Counted from the stretch's first letter, positions 52,152-60,751 are shown. The stretch: 64,000 nt of DNA from Thermoanaerobaculia bacterium (GCA_044229475.1 JBGASW010000003.1:738425-802424), one strand, 5' to 3'. Numbers and translations are program-made. The notes: generated by a model from the sequence alone, not told the origin.

Positions 52152-53074
52152 TTGAAGGGATGATCCCCGACGCCCTGCGCGGCCCGGGGATCGCCGTCCG
52201 CGAAGGCGAGCCGCTCGCCGCGCGCACGACGCTCCGCATCGGCGGCCCCGCGCGGTTCTTCGCCGAGGTGGCCGACGCGGAGGCTCTCGCGCGCGTCCTG
52301 CGCTTCGCGTCGGCGGAGGGGCTGCCGCTCCTCGTCCTCGGCAAGGGCTCGAACCTGCTCGTTCCGGACGCGGGATTCCCGGGAGTGGTCGTCGTCCTCG
52401 GAGGAACCTTCCGCGCGGTTCGCGTCGAGGGAGCAGAGGTCGTCGCGGGCGGCGGCGTCTCCCTGATGGCGCTTGCGGTCGCGGCGCGGGACGCGGGGCT
52501 CTCCGGCGTCGAGAACGTCTCGGGCATCCCGTCGTCCGTCGGCGGCGCCGTGCGGATCAACGCGGGCTCCTACGGCTCGGAGATATTCGACGTACTCGTC
52601 TCCGCGACGCTCGTCTCGCGCGCGGGCGAGGCGCGGGCCGTGGCCGCCACGGAGATTCCGCACGGCTACCGCTGGACGGCGCTCTGCGAGCGCGACGACG
52701 TGGTGGCCGAAGCGCGCTTTCGCCTTTCGAAGAAATCTCCGGCCGAAATCGCCGAGCGGATGGCCGAGGTGGCCGCGAGGCGCCGCGACGCCCTTCCGAA
52801 ACAGCCGAACGCCGGGTCGATCTTCAAGAACCCGCCGGGCCTCTTCGCCGGGAAGCTCCTCGAGGAGTGCGGCCTCAAGGGCCGGCGGGTGGGTGGGGCG
52901 GAGATCTCGCCCGTCCACGCGAACGTCATCGTGAACACGGGCGGCGCGACGGCGGAGGACGTGAAGGCCTTGATGACGGAAATGAAGAAGGCCGTGAAGG
53001 GCAGGTTTGGCATCGAGCTCGAACCTGAGATCCAGATCGTCGGAGAAGAGAAGATCTCTTTGAAGGGTGAGTGA
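52148..53074 (+). CDS. murB: UDP-N-acetylenolpyruvoylglucosamine reductase
   Basis: ATGA overlap with pgpA. TTLRIGGPARFF, LVLGKGSNLLV, GGAVRINAGSYG, SIFKNP. Confidence 0.92.
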   Translation: MIEGMIPDALRGPGIAVREGEPLAARTTLRIGGPARFFAEVADAEALARVLRFASAEGLPLLVLGKGSNLLVPDAGFPGVVVVLGGTFRAVRVEGAEVVAGGGVSLMALAVAARDAGLSGVENVSGIPSSVGGAVRINAGSYGSEIFDVLVSATLVSRAGEARAVAATEIPHGYRWTALCERDDVVAEARFRLSKKSPAEIAERMAEVAARRRDALPKQPNAGSIFKNPPGLFAGKLLEECGLKGRRVGGAEISPVHANVIVNTGGATAEDVKALMTEMKKAVKGRFGIELEPEIQIVGEEKISLKGE

Positions 53075-53145
53075 GCCCGGGGCGCCTGCACCCGGCTCGC
53101 CAGAACTCGAGCGCTGCGCGGCAGGGATCACCTTCTAAGAAGATC
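53053..53145. repeat. palindromic low-GC element, copy B (contains the murB stop codon)
   Basis: GATCTCTTTGAAGGGTGAGTGAGCCC ... core ... GGGATCACCTTCTAAGAAGATC, followed by CCGAATCC-type repeats at 53145-53174. Confidence 0.85.
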
Positions 53146-53196
53146 CGAATCCGAATCCGAAAATCTCCGAATCCCCGGCCTCCGTACAATGTCTCG

Positions 53197-54312
53197 ATGG
53201 CCGACGCGTCCGTTCGCGCCCTGATCCTCGCGGGAGGCAGCGGCACGCGCCTCTGGCCGCGGTCGACGGACTCGAAGCCCAAGCCGTTCCTCGCCCTCAC
53301 GGGAAGGGACTCGCTGCTGCGCGAGACGTACCGCCGGGCGGCGGCCGTCGCGGGCGCCGCGAACGTCTGGGTCTCCGGGCGCGCGTCGCACGGCGCGCTC
53401 CTCGCGGCCGAACTGCCCGAGGTTCCCGCGTCGCGGCTCGTTCTCGAGCCGACGCGCCGCAACACGGCGCCCGCGATCGCGCTGTCCGTGCTCGCGGCAT
53501 GCGCGGACGATCCTCGGGCCGTCGTCCTGGTCCTGCCTTCCGATCAGGCTGTCGCCGACGAGCCCGCGTTTCTCGCCGCGCTCCGCGAGGGCGCGGCCGT
53601 CGCCGCGAAAGAGGACGCCTTCGTCACCCTCGGCATCCCGCCGACTCGTCCCGAGACGGGATACGGCTACCTGGAGACGTTCGAAGAGCACGAAGAGACC
53701 GGAGAGAAGATTTCTTCGAGTGGAGGAGAGCAGGGGGGCAGGACGGCGCGCGGCGAAGCGCCGGCCGCGCGCGTCGTTCGCCGGTTCGTCGAGAAGCCCG
53801 ACGCGGCAAAGGCCGCCGAGTTCCTCGCCTCCGGCCGCTTCCTGTGGAATGCCGGGATCTTTCTCTTCCGGGCGGAACACCTCCTCGCGGAGATGCAACG
53901 CACCTGTCCCGAAGTCCTCGCCGCGGCCCGCCGCGCATTCGCCGCTCGAGCGAGCGGCGATCACACCACCTTCAAAGAATCTTTCTCTTCTTCCCCCTCC
54001 ATATCGATCGACGTCGCGGTCATGGAAAAGGCGAGGCGCGTCCTCACGATTCCGTCGGCGTGCGGCTGGAGCGACCTCGGATCCTGGGAAGCCGTGTTCG
54101 AGTTCCGGGGCGGCAGGCCGGGCGCGGACGTGATCGAAGGCGACGGCGCCTCGGAAGGCGGCGCGGGCAACCTCGTCCTCGCGGACGCGCGGCCCGTGAG
54201 GGTCGTCGGCCTCTCGGGCGTCGCGGTCGTGGAATCTCCGGACGGACTGCTCGTGATGAAGCTCGGCGCCTCGGACGACCTGCGCCGGGCCGTCGAGAAG
54301 GGGTTGAAATGA
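53197..54312 (+). CDS. mannose-1-phosphate guanylyltransferase-like nucleotidyltransferase
   Basis: LILAGGSGTRLWPRS, LEPTRRNTAPA, LPSDQ, GYGYLE, FVEKPD, WNAGIFLF, SIDVAVMEK, WSDLGSW. Confidence 0.85.
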   Translation: MADASVRALILAGGSGTRLWPRSTDSKPKPFLALTGRDSLLRETYRRAAAVAGAANVWVSGRASHGALLAAELPEVPASRLVLEPTRRNTAPAIALSVLAACADDPRAVVLVLPSDQAVADEPAFLAALREGAAVAAKEDAFVTLGIPPTRPETGYGYLETFEEHEETGEKISSSGGEQGGRTARGEAPAARVVRRFVEKPDAAKAAEFLASGRFLWNAGIFLFRAEHLLAEMQRTCPEVLAAARRAFAARASGDHTTFKESFSSSPSISIDVAVMEKARRVLTIPSACGWSDLGSWEAVFEFRGGRPGADVIEGDGASEGGAGNLVLADARPVRVVGLSGVAVVESPDGLLVMKLGASDDLRRAVEKGLK

Positions 54313-55268
54313 GCGCTCCCGCAGCCGCCGCGGTCGTCGCGTCGATCGGACGCCTCGTGGCGACGGTCCGAACCGCGTACCGCGGCCCCGCCGCGGCCGT
54401 CGAGGACGCCGTCGTCTGTCTCCTCGCCCGCGGCCACCTCCTCATCGAGGACGTGCCCGGCGTCGGCAAGACGACGCTCGCGACGGCGCTCGGAAAGGCG
54501 CTCGGCGTCGGCGTCCACCGGCTGCAGTTCACGCCGGACACGCTCCCGAGCGACATCCTGGGCCTGACGGTCTTCAACCAGCGGGCCCAGGAGTTCGAGT
54601 TCCACCCGGGGCCGATCTTCACGCCCGTCCTCCTCGCCGACGAGATCAACCGCGCGACGCCGAAGACGCAGTCCGCGCTCCTGCAGGCCATGAACGAGCG
54701 CGCCGTGTCCTCGGACGGGGTGACGCGGCCGCTTCCGGAGCCGTTCCTCGTCCTCGCGACGCAGAACCCCGTCGAGTACCTCGGGACGTACCCGCTTCCC
54801 GAGTCGCAGCTCGACCGGTTCCTCCTCCGGATCTCGCTCGGCTACCCGGCGCCGGACGAGGAGCGCCGCCTCCTGATCTCCGGGGGCGCGGACCGCGTCC
54901 TCGCGCAGCTCCAGCCCGCGATGAACCTCGAGGACCTGAAGGCCGCGCAGGACGCGACCGAGCGCGTCACCGTCGCGGACAAGCTCATGGACTACATCCT
55001 CGCCATCGTGGCGAGGACGCGCACGGGGAAGGACCTCCTTCTCGGCGTTTCGCCGCGCGGCGCGCAGGGCTTCTTCCGCGCCGTGCAGGCGCGCGCCCTC
55101 GTCGCGGGGCGCCCGTACGCGACGCCGGACGACGTGAAGCGCGTCGCCGTCCCGGCGCTCGCGCACCGCGTGCTCGCGTCGCAGCCCGGCGCGTGGGACG
55201 GCGGCGGCGGGCGCCGCGAGCGCGACGCGATCCAGCGTCTCCTCGACGAAATCCCCGTCCCCCTCTGA
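54309..55268 (+). CDS. MoxR-family AAA+ ATPase
   Basis: EDVPGVGKT (Walker A), LLADEINRA (Walker B), ATQNP. Confidence 0.92.
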   Translation: MSAPAAAAVVASIGRLVATVRTAYRGPAAAVEDAVVCLLARGHLLIEDVPGVGKTTLATALGKALGVGVHRLQFTPDTLPSDILGLTVFNQRAQEFEFHPGPIFTPVLLADEINRATPKTQSALLQAMNERAVSSDGVTRPLPEPFLVLATQNPVEYLGTYPLPESQLDRFLLRISLGYPAPDEERRLLISGGADRVLAQLQPAMNLEDLKAAQDATERVTVADKLMDYILAIVARTRTGKDLLLGVSPRGAQGFFRAVQARALVAGRPYATPDDVKRVAVPALAHRVLASQPGAWDGGGGRRERDAIQRLLDEIPVPL

Positions 55269-55272
55269 TGCC

Positions 55273-56289
55273 GTGACGTTTCGCGCGCGCCTCAGGAAGC
55301 TCCTCGACCCCGGGATCCTCGTGCGCGTCACGAATCTCGGCCTGGGCTTCATCCTCCTCACGCTCGTCGTCGCCGTGGCCGCGACGAACACGGGCAACAA
55401 CGGCCTCTACATCCTCGTCTCGCTCTTCCTCGGCGCGCTCGTCGTGTCGGGCGTCGTCTCCCGGCGCAACGTCGAGAACCTCTCGGTCGAGCTCGAGGGT
55501 CCGCCCGAGCTGTACGCCGGAATCCCGTCGCGCTTCACGCTCCGCGTCACGAACGGGGGCCGCCTGCCGCGCCGCGCGGTCCTCGTGAAGATCTCCGGCG
55601 CCGCCGCGCCGCTCCTCTTCGGACGGGTGAACCCCGGCGAGACGACGGCCCGCGGCGTCGACCTCGTCTTTCCGAAGCGCGGCCTGCGCTCGCTCGAGTC
55701 CCTCCTCGTCTACAGCGGCTACCCGATCGGCCTCTTCCGCAAGGGGCGCGTCCACCCGCTGACGGAGGAGCGGCTCGTGTACCCGGCGCCCGCGGTCGTC
55801 CGGTCGGTCCCGCCCGACCCGCGCCAGGCCGAGGGCGGCGACCCCCGCAGCTTCCTGCGCGGGCGCGGCCCCGAGATCCGGAACCTCCGCGACGCGGGCT
55901 TCGGAGACGACCCGCGCGACGTTCACTGGCCCCAGACGGCGCGGCAGGGCCGGTTCATCGTCAAGGAGCGCGCTTCGGAGGAAGGCCGCGACGCGCTCGT
56001 CGCGCTCGACGTCGCGCGACCCCCGGGGGCGCCGCCCTCGTGGGACGCCGCGTTCGAGCGGTCCGTTTCCGAAGCGGCGGGGCTTGCCCTGCAGCTCCTC
56101 GCGCGCGGGAATCGGACCGGGCTTCTCCTCGGCGACGTCCTCGTGCCCCCGGGAGCGGGGCCCGCGCACCGCCGCGGCCTCTTGCGCGCGCTCGCGCTCG
56201 TCGTCCCGGCCGACCGGCCAGCCGCGCCGCGGGCGCTGCCCGCGAGCGTCGCCGTGTTCCGGGCCGGCCCGAAGGGAAGGGCGGCGTGA
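55273..56289 (+). CDS. DUF58-family protein (MoxR partner)
   Basis: Two N-terminal TM segments. GDDPRDVHWPQTARQGRFIVKE motif. Confidence 0.85.
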   Translation: MTFRARLRKLLDPGILVRVTNLGLGFILLTLVVAVAATNTGNNGLYILVSLFLGALVVSGVVSRRNVENLSVELEGPPELYAGIPSRFTLRVTNGGRLPRRAVLVKISGAAAPLLFGRVNPGETTARGVDLVFPKRGLRSLESLLVYSGYPIGLFRKGRVHPLTEERLVYPAPAVVRSVPPDPRQAEGGDPRSFLRGRGPEIRNLRDAGFGDDPRDVHWPQTARQGRFIVKERASEEGRDALVALDVARPPGAPPSWDAAFERSVSEAAGLALQLLARGNRTGLLLGDVLVPPGAGPAHRRGLLRALALVVPADRPAAPRALPASVAVFRAGPKGRAA

Positions 56290-58424
56290 AGGACGCGCCC
56301 GGCGCCGCGGCGGGAGTCCTCCCGCTTCCGTTCTTGCGCGAGCGCGTCCTCGCGGTGGGCTCGCTCGCGCTCCTCGCGCCCGTGCCGCTCTTCTTCGCGA
56401 ACGCGCTCGAGCTGCTCGTGCTGCTCGTCTACGTCCTCGCGCTCGGGCTCCTCCTCGCGCGCGCGCGTGGCGGCTCCGTTCCGCGCCTTCCGAACTGGGT
56501 CCTGAACCTCGCCGGCCTCGCCTACCTGCCCGTCGTCTACTTCGACGCCCGCTACGGGAGCCGTTCGCTCCTGAAGACGATGCTCCACCTGCTCCTCTTC
56601 ACGACCGTCTTCAAGCTCGCGGCGATCCGCCGGGAACGCGATCTCTCGGTCGCTCTCGTCCTGTCCGCCATGCTCTTCGTCGCGTCGGTCTCGACGTCGT
56701 TCCACGTCGCGATCCTCCCGTACGTCGGCCTCGTGTCGTGCGTCGCGTGGACGGTCCTCGTGAAGTGGGCCCTCTGGCGCGACCTCGCGGCGGCGCCCGA
56801 GGAGTGGGAGCGCGACCGCGCCGCGCGCACGCTGCCGGGCGTCGCGCCCCTCGCGTCGTCGGTCGCCGCCGCGATGGCCCTCGCGGTCCCGCTGTTTCTC
56901 TTCCTGCCGCGCCTGAAGGCTCCCGTCGTGCGCGGGGGCGAGGCGGGCCGTGAGATCACGACGGGCTTCTCGGACACCGTGGACCCCGACATCTTCGGAG
57001 CCCTGAAGAACAGCGACCGCGTCATGCTGCGGGTCACGAGCGAGGAGCCGCTGGACGCCGGCGCGGTCCTGCGCCTCCGGACGCTCGCGCTGACGCGATT
57101 CGAGCGCGGCGTCTGGAAGAAGCCCGAGCGCCCCGGGAGCGTGCCGCCCGGGACGCGCAGCGGCCTCGTCCCGCTCGGCCCGCGCCCCGGCAGCGGCGCC
57201 GCGATGACGATCGACCTGACCCCTCTCCAGAGTCGCTCCCTTCCCATGCCGGCCGGCGCGGACGGCCTGAGGCTGTCGGAGACTTCGTTTCGCAGCCCGA
57301 GCCGGGCGCTCGTCTTCGTCGACGCCGCGCGCAACGTGAGCCTGGGCTTCGAGCCGGAGACGACGGTGCAATACACGGTCACGGCGAACCGCCGTCCCGC
57401 GCGCGACCTCGGCCGCGGCGCGGAGGAAGACGGCCTCGCCGGGCCGGATTCGGAGACCGTACGCGCGTTCGCGCGCGACGCGTTCGCCGGCATCGACCCG
57501 GCGGCCGATCCGGAGGGGGCCGCGCGGGCGCTGGAGGGCGTCTTCCACCGCGAGCCGTTCCGCTATCAGCTCGACCTCGCGCCACGCGGGCCGAACGCCC
57601 TGGAGGAGTTTCTGACGGTGAGGCGCGCGGGCCACTGCCAGACGTACGCGAGCGCCATGGCGCTCCTTCTGCGCTCGGCCGGCATCCCGACGCGCTTCGT
57701 GACGGGCTTCCTCGGCGGGGAGATCGGCGCGTTCGGCCGCTACGTCCTCGTGCGCGGCAACAACGTGCACGCGTGGGTCGAGGCCTGGTGCGGGCCGGAG
57801 AAGGGCTGGGTCACGTTCGACCCGACTCCGGCCGCGGGCCAGCCGCGGCTCGAGCGCGTGCCGCTCTCGGCGCGACTGAGGCAGGTCACGGACGGGATCG
57901 AGTTCTTCTACGACCGCTTCGTCCTCTCGTTCGGGCAGAGCGACCAGGCCGAAATGCTCCGCCGCCTCCGCGAGGCGACGGTCGGGCTCTCCGCGGCGCT
58001 GAAGGGCGCCGGTTCGGCGGCCGGGACGGCGCTCGCGCGCCTCACGGGAGGGCGCGTGTGGGCGGGCGCGGGTACGATCGCCCTCGCCGCGGCGCTCGCC
58101 GCGCTCGCGATGCGGCGGCTCCTCTCCCGCGCGCACTTCGGCACGCGAGGCCTCCCGCCGGCGTCGGCGGCGTACCGCCGGCTCCAGAAGGCGCTCCACC
58201 GGCGCGGCGCGCCGCTGACGCCGTCGTCCGCGCCCGCCGAGACGCTCGCGGCGGCGGCGGCTTACGGCCGCGCAGCGGCCGAACCCGCCGCCGCCATCGT
58301 CAAGGCGTACGTGCGGGAGTCGTTTGGAGGATTTTCTGCTTCGGAAGAAGAGAAGAAAGACCTTGGGGAGAAGCTGGAGCGTTTCAGGTCAGCGCTGTCC
58401 AGCCGCCCCGCCGCGATTTCTTAG
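56286..58424 (+). CDS. transglutaminase-like membrane protein (DUF3488 + TGase core)
   Basis: GTGA overlap with the upstream gene. Multi-TM N-terminus. GHCQTYASAMALLLRSAGIPTRFVTGF...HAWVEAW...FDPTP Cys-His-Asp core. Confidence 0.85.
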   Translation: MKDAPGAAAGVLPLPFLRERVLAVGSLALLAPVPLFFANALELLVLLVYVLALGLLLARARGGSVPRLPNWVLNLAGLAYLPVVYFDARYGSRSLLKTMLHLLLFTTVFKLAAIRRERDLSVALVLSAMLFVASVSTSFHVAILPYVGLVSCVAWTVLVKWALWRDLAAAPEEWERDRAARTLPGVAPLASSVAAAMALAVPLFLFLPRLKAPVVRGGEAGREITTGFSDTVDPDIFGALKNSDRVMLRVTSEEPLDAGAVLRLRTLALTRFERGVWKKPERPGSVPPGTRSGLVPLGPRPGSGAAMTIDLTPLQSRSLPMPAGADGLRLSETSFRSPSRALVFVDAARNVSLGFEPETTVQYTVTANRRPARDLGRGAEEDGLAGPDSETVRAFARDAFAGIDPAADPEGAARALEGVFHREPFRYQLDLAPRGPNALEEFLTVRRAGHCQTYASAMALLLRSAGIPTRFVTGFLGGEIGAFGRYVLVRGNNVHAWVEAWCGPEKGWVTFDPTPAAGQPRLERVPLSARLRQVTDGIEFFYDRFVLSFGQSDQAEMLRRLREATVGLSAALKGAGSAAGTALARLTGGRVWAGAGTIALAAALAALAMRRLLSRAHFGTRGLPPASAAYRRLQKALHRRGAPLTPSSAPAETLAAAAAYGRAAAEPAAAIVKAYVRESFGGFSASEEEKKDLGEKLERFRSALSSRPAAIS

Positions 58425-58504
58425 AAGGGTGAGTGGGCCTTTCGCAGGTGCGGGGCCGGTGCGATTGGCGGGGCCGCCCGCCCTCTTCACCTTCTAAGAA
58501 AATC
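58415..58504. repeat. palindromic low-GC element, copy C (contains the transglutaminase-like gene stop TAG)
   Basis: GATTTCTTAGAAGGGTGAGTGGGC ... core ... CCCTCTTCACCTTCTAAGAAAATC. Confidence 0.85.
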
Positions 58505-58536
58505 TTCCTCTTCTCTTTCTCTTCTTCTTCCTCTTC
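58505..58536 (+). repeat. 32-nt polypyrimidine (CT) tract
   Basis: TTCCTCTTCTCTTTCTCTTCTTCTTCCTCTTC lies directly after the right arm of element C. A purine-rich mirror (GGAAGAAGAGAAGAAAGA) lies at about 58343-58362. Confidence 0.8.
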
Positions 58537-58554
58537 GTCGCCCTGGCGGACGGC

Positions 58555-60117
58555 TCAGTAGAAGTAGCCGTTCACGTCGATGACGACGTGCGCGGTGCCG
58601 GCCGAGCCGTTGAGGATGCGGAAGGTCCCGGAGCCGTCGGTCGCGAGGCCGATGACCGTGGCGTCGGCTCGAGTCTGGCCGGCCCGGAAGCTCAGGGTCG
58701 AGGTGCCGGGGTATGCCGCGGTGCCGGGATAGGCGGCGAAGAAGCCGGAGGCTGCGGGCTGCGTGACGGTGACGTTCATCGAAACCCCGAGCGCGCCCGG
58801 TGGAATGTTGCACGAGGCCGTCGCCTTGAGGAGCCGGACCTCCGAGGGCGCGAGTACGGGACCGCCGAGCGGGCCCGCGACGAGGCGCGTGTCGGCGAGC
58901 CGGCAGGGCGTGACCGGGAAGAAGAGGAGCGAGCTTCCGGCCGGGAGGACGGGAATCGAGGCCGTCGCGGCCGCGCCGATGCATACCGCGGGGTCGGGAT
59001 TCGTCTCGGTCACGCCGAGGCCGACTGGCGTGCCCGCGGTCCCGGCCGTGAAGGTCACCGTGTTCGTCCCCTGGCCCGCCGTGATCGTTCCGTTCGTGAT
59101 CGTCCACGTGAACGTGCTTCCCGCGTTCGGTCGGACCGAGGCGACGCGGCCGGGCGACCCCGCTCCGACGGTGGGAGATGCCGTGATCGCAAGCGGCGGG
59201 CCGAGTGGGCACGTGACCGTCAGGGCGACGGGAACGTCGATCTGGGGGGAAAAGGTGTCGCCGCTCTGGACGCAGACGTGCGCGGCGTAGTGGCCCGGTG
59301 CGAGCCCTGTCGAGTTGAACGTGACGGGCACGTCCTCGCTCGCGAGCGGGCCCGTCGAGCCGGAAGGCAAACCCGCCGCGAGCCACGGGACACCGGCCGA
59401 GCCACAGCCCGACGTCGGGGAGACGGGGAGATTCCACCAGAGCGGAAACGCCGCCGTATTTCCGATCGTCAGCTTGGCGACGCTCTGTGTGCCCGGGGCC
59501 TGCGTGGACGCCAGGGAGGGCGGCGTCACGGCGATCACGGGGGCGCCGTTCGCGGTGTAATGGGGCGGGCACGTGACCGTCGCGTAGTTTGCGCTCTTCA
59601 GGCCTGCCGAATCTTCGGCTCGTACGGTGAGGCTGTACGAGTTGCCGACCTGCCTCTTGGGTGGGGTGCCGGTGTCGCCGGGATCGTCCCTCGGAGGTCC
59701 GCACGCCACGCGGAAGCCGAGGCCGGCGTTCGAGGCGTCGATATTCAGGCTCGTCTGGAAGAAGCCCTGCGCGCGGAAGACGAGCTTGTTGTCGATGAAC
59801 GTGTGCAGGTTGACCATGTAGTTCGGCGAGGCCGACACGGACGTGTAGGCGACGTTGACGTAGCAGGAATCCTGGCGCGGGTCCGGCTGGGTGCAGTAGG
59901 GCGCCTGACTGTCGATGAAACCGATCAGCGGCGCGCGGCCCGAGGCCAGAGCGGTGCGCGTGTTGGACGCGTGGGACTCGACCACCATGCCGCCGTCCGC
60001 AGAAGCCGCGCCTTGATTCGCGGCGGGCTGCGCTCCGCGCTCCTCCGGCGCACCTGCGGCGAGGGAAAGGGGGAGGAGCGCCGCAGCCAGGATTCCGACG
60101 CGCATCGATTCCGGCAT
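58555..60117 (-). CDS. 520-aa secreted protein: duplicated N-terminal domain, Ig-like middle, C-terminal module shared with the giant protein
   Basis: Signal peptide ...GILAAALLPLSLAAGA. N-terminal ~185 aa nearly identical to the upstream gene. C-terminal FFPVTPCRLADTR...VIDVNGYFY. Confidence 0.7.
   Translation of the reverse strand: MPESMRVGILAAALLPLSLAAGAPEERGAQPAANQGAASADGGMVVESHASNTRTALASGRAPLIGFIDSQAPYCTQPDPRQDSCYVNVAYTSVSASPNYMVNLHTFIDNKLVFRAQGFFQTSLNIDASNAGLGFRVACGPPRDDPGDTGTPPKRQVGNSYSLTVRAEDSAGLKSANYATVTCPPHYTANGAPVIAVTPPSLASTQAPGTQSVAKLTIGNTAAFPLWWNLPVSPTSGCGSAGVPWLAAGLPSGSTGPLASEDVPVTFNSTGLAPGHYAAHVCVQSGDTFSPQIDVPVALTVTCPLGPPLAITASPTVGAGSPGRVASVRPNAGSTFTWTITNGTITAGQGTNTVTFTAGTAGTPVGLGVTETNPDPAVCIGAAATASIPVLPAGSSLLFFPVTPCRLADTRLVAGPLGGPVLAPSEVRLLKATASCNIPPGALGVSMNVTVTQPAASGFFAAYPGTAAYPGTSTLSFRAGQTRADATVIGLATDGSGTFRILNGSAGTAHVVIDVNGYFY
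59557..60117 (-). repeat. ~0.55-kb direct duplication (second copy 60148-60705)
   Basis: Long runs of nucleotide identity, e.g. GGGCACGTGACCGTCGCGTAGTT.GCGCTCTT and GTGAGGCTGTACGAGTT.CCGACCTGCC in both copies. The encoded domains are identical at most positions. Confidence 0.85.
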
Positions 60118-60147
60118 TTATTCCGTCTTTTTCTCTGCGATGGAGCG

Positions 60148-60705
60148 CTACGGGCTGTAGGGAGGGCACGTGACCGTCGCGTAGTTGGCGCTCTTGAGGG
60201 TCGCCGAGTCCTCCGCCCGCACCGTGAGGCTGTACGAGTTTCCGACCTGCCGCTTCGGGACGGCCGTGTCGGAAGGATCGTCCCTCGGAGGCCCGCACGC
60301 GACGCGGAAGCCGAGGCCGGCGTTCGAAGCGCTGACATACAGGCTCGTCTGGAAGAAGCCCTGGGCGCGGAAGACGAGCTTGTCGTCGATGAACATGTGC
60401 AGGTAGACCATGTAGTTCGGCGCGGCCGAGACGGACGTGTAGGCGACGTTGACGAAGCAGGCGTCCTGCCGAGGGTCCGGCTGGGTGCAGTAGGGCGCCT
60501 GGCTGTCGATGAAGCTGATCAGGGGCGTGCGGCCGGTTGCCAGGGCGGTGCGGGTACTCGAGCCGTGGGATTCGACCACCATGCCGCCGTCCGGGGGTGG
60601 CGCGACGGGTTTCGCGGCGGCCTGCGCGGCCCGCTCCCCGGGAGGCGCGGCCGCGAGACAAAACGGCAGCAGGGCGAACGTGGCGAGGGCTCGCGTCAGG
60701 CTCAT
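60148..60705 (-). CDS. 185-aa secreted protein, stand-alone copy of the N-terminal domain of the downstream gene
   Basis: GAGGAGGAG RBS. Signal peptide MSLTRALATFALLPFCLAAA. FIDSQAPYCTQPDPRQD...FRVACGPPRDDP...ANYATVTCPP. Confidence 0.7.
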   Translation of the reverse strand: MSLTRALATFALLPFCLAAAPPGERAAQAAAKPVAPPPDGGMVVESHGSSTRTALATGRTPLISFIDSQAPYCTQPDPRQDACFVNVAYTSVSAAPNYMVYLHMFIDDKLVFRAQGFFQTSLYVSASNAGLGFRVACGPPRDDPSDTAVPKRQVGNSYSLTVRAEDSATLKSANYATVTCPPYSP

Positions 60706-60751
60706 GGTCTCCTCCTCACTGAAGCGAGGAGAAGCTTATCGCAACACGGTC

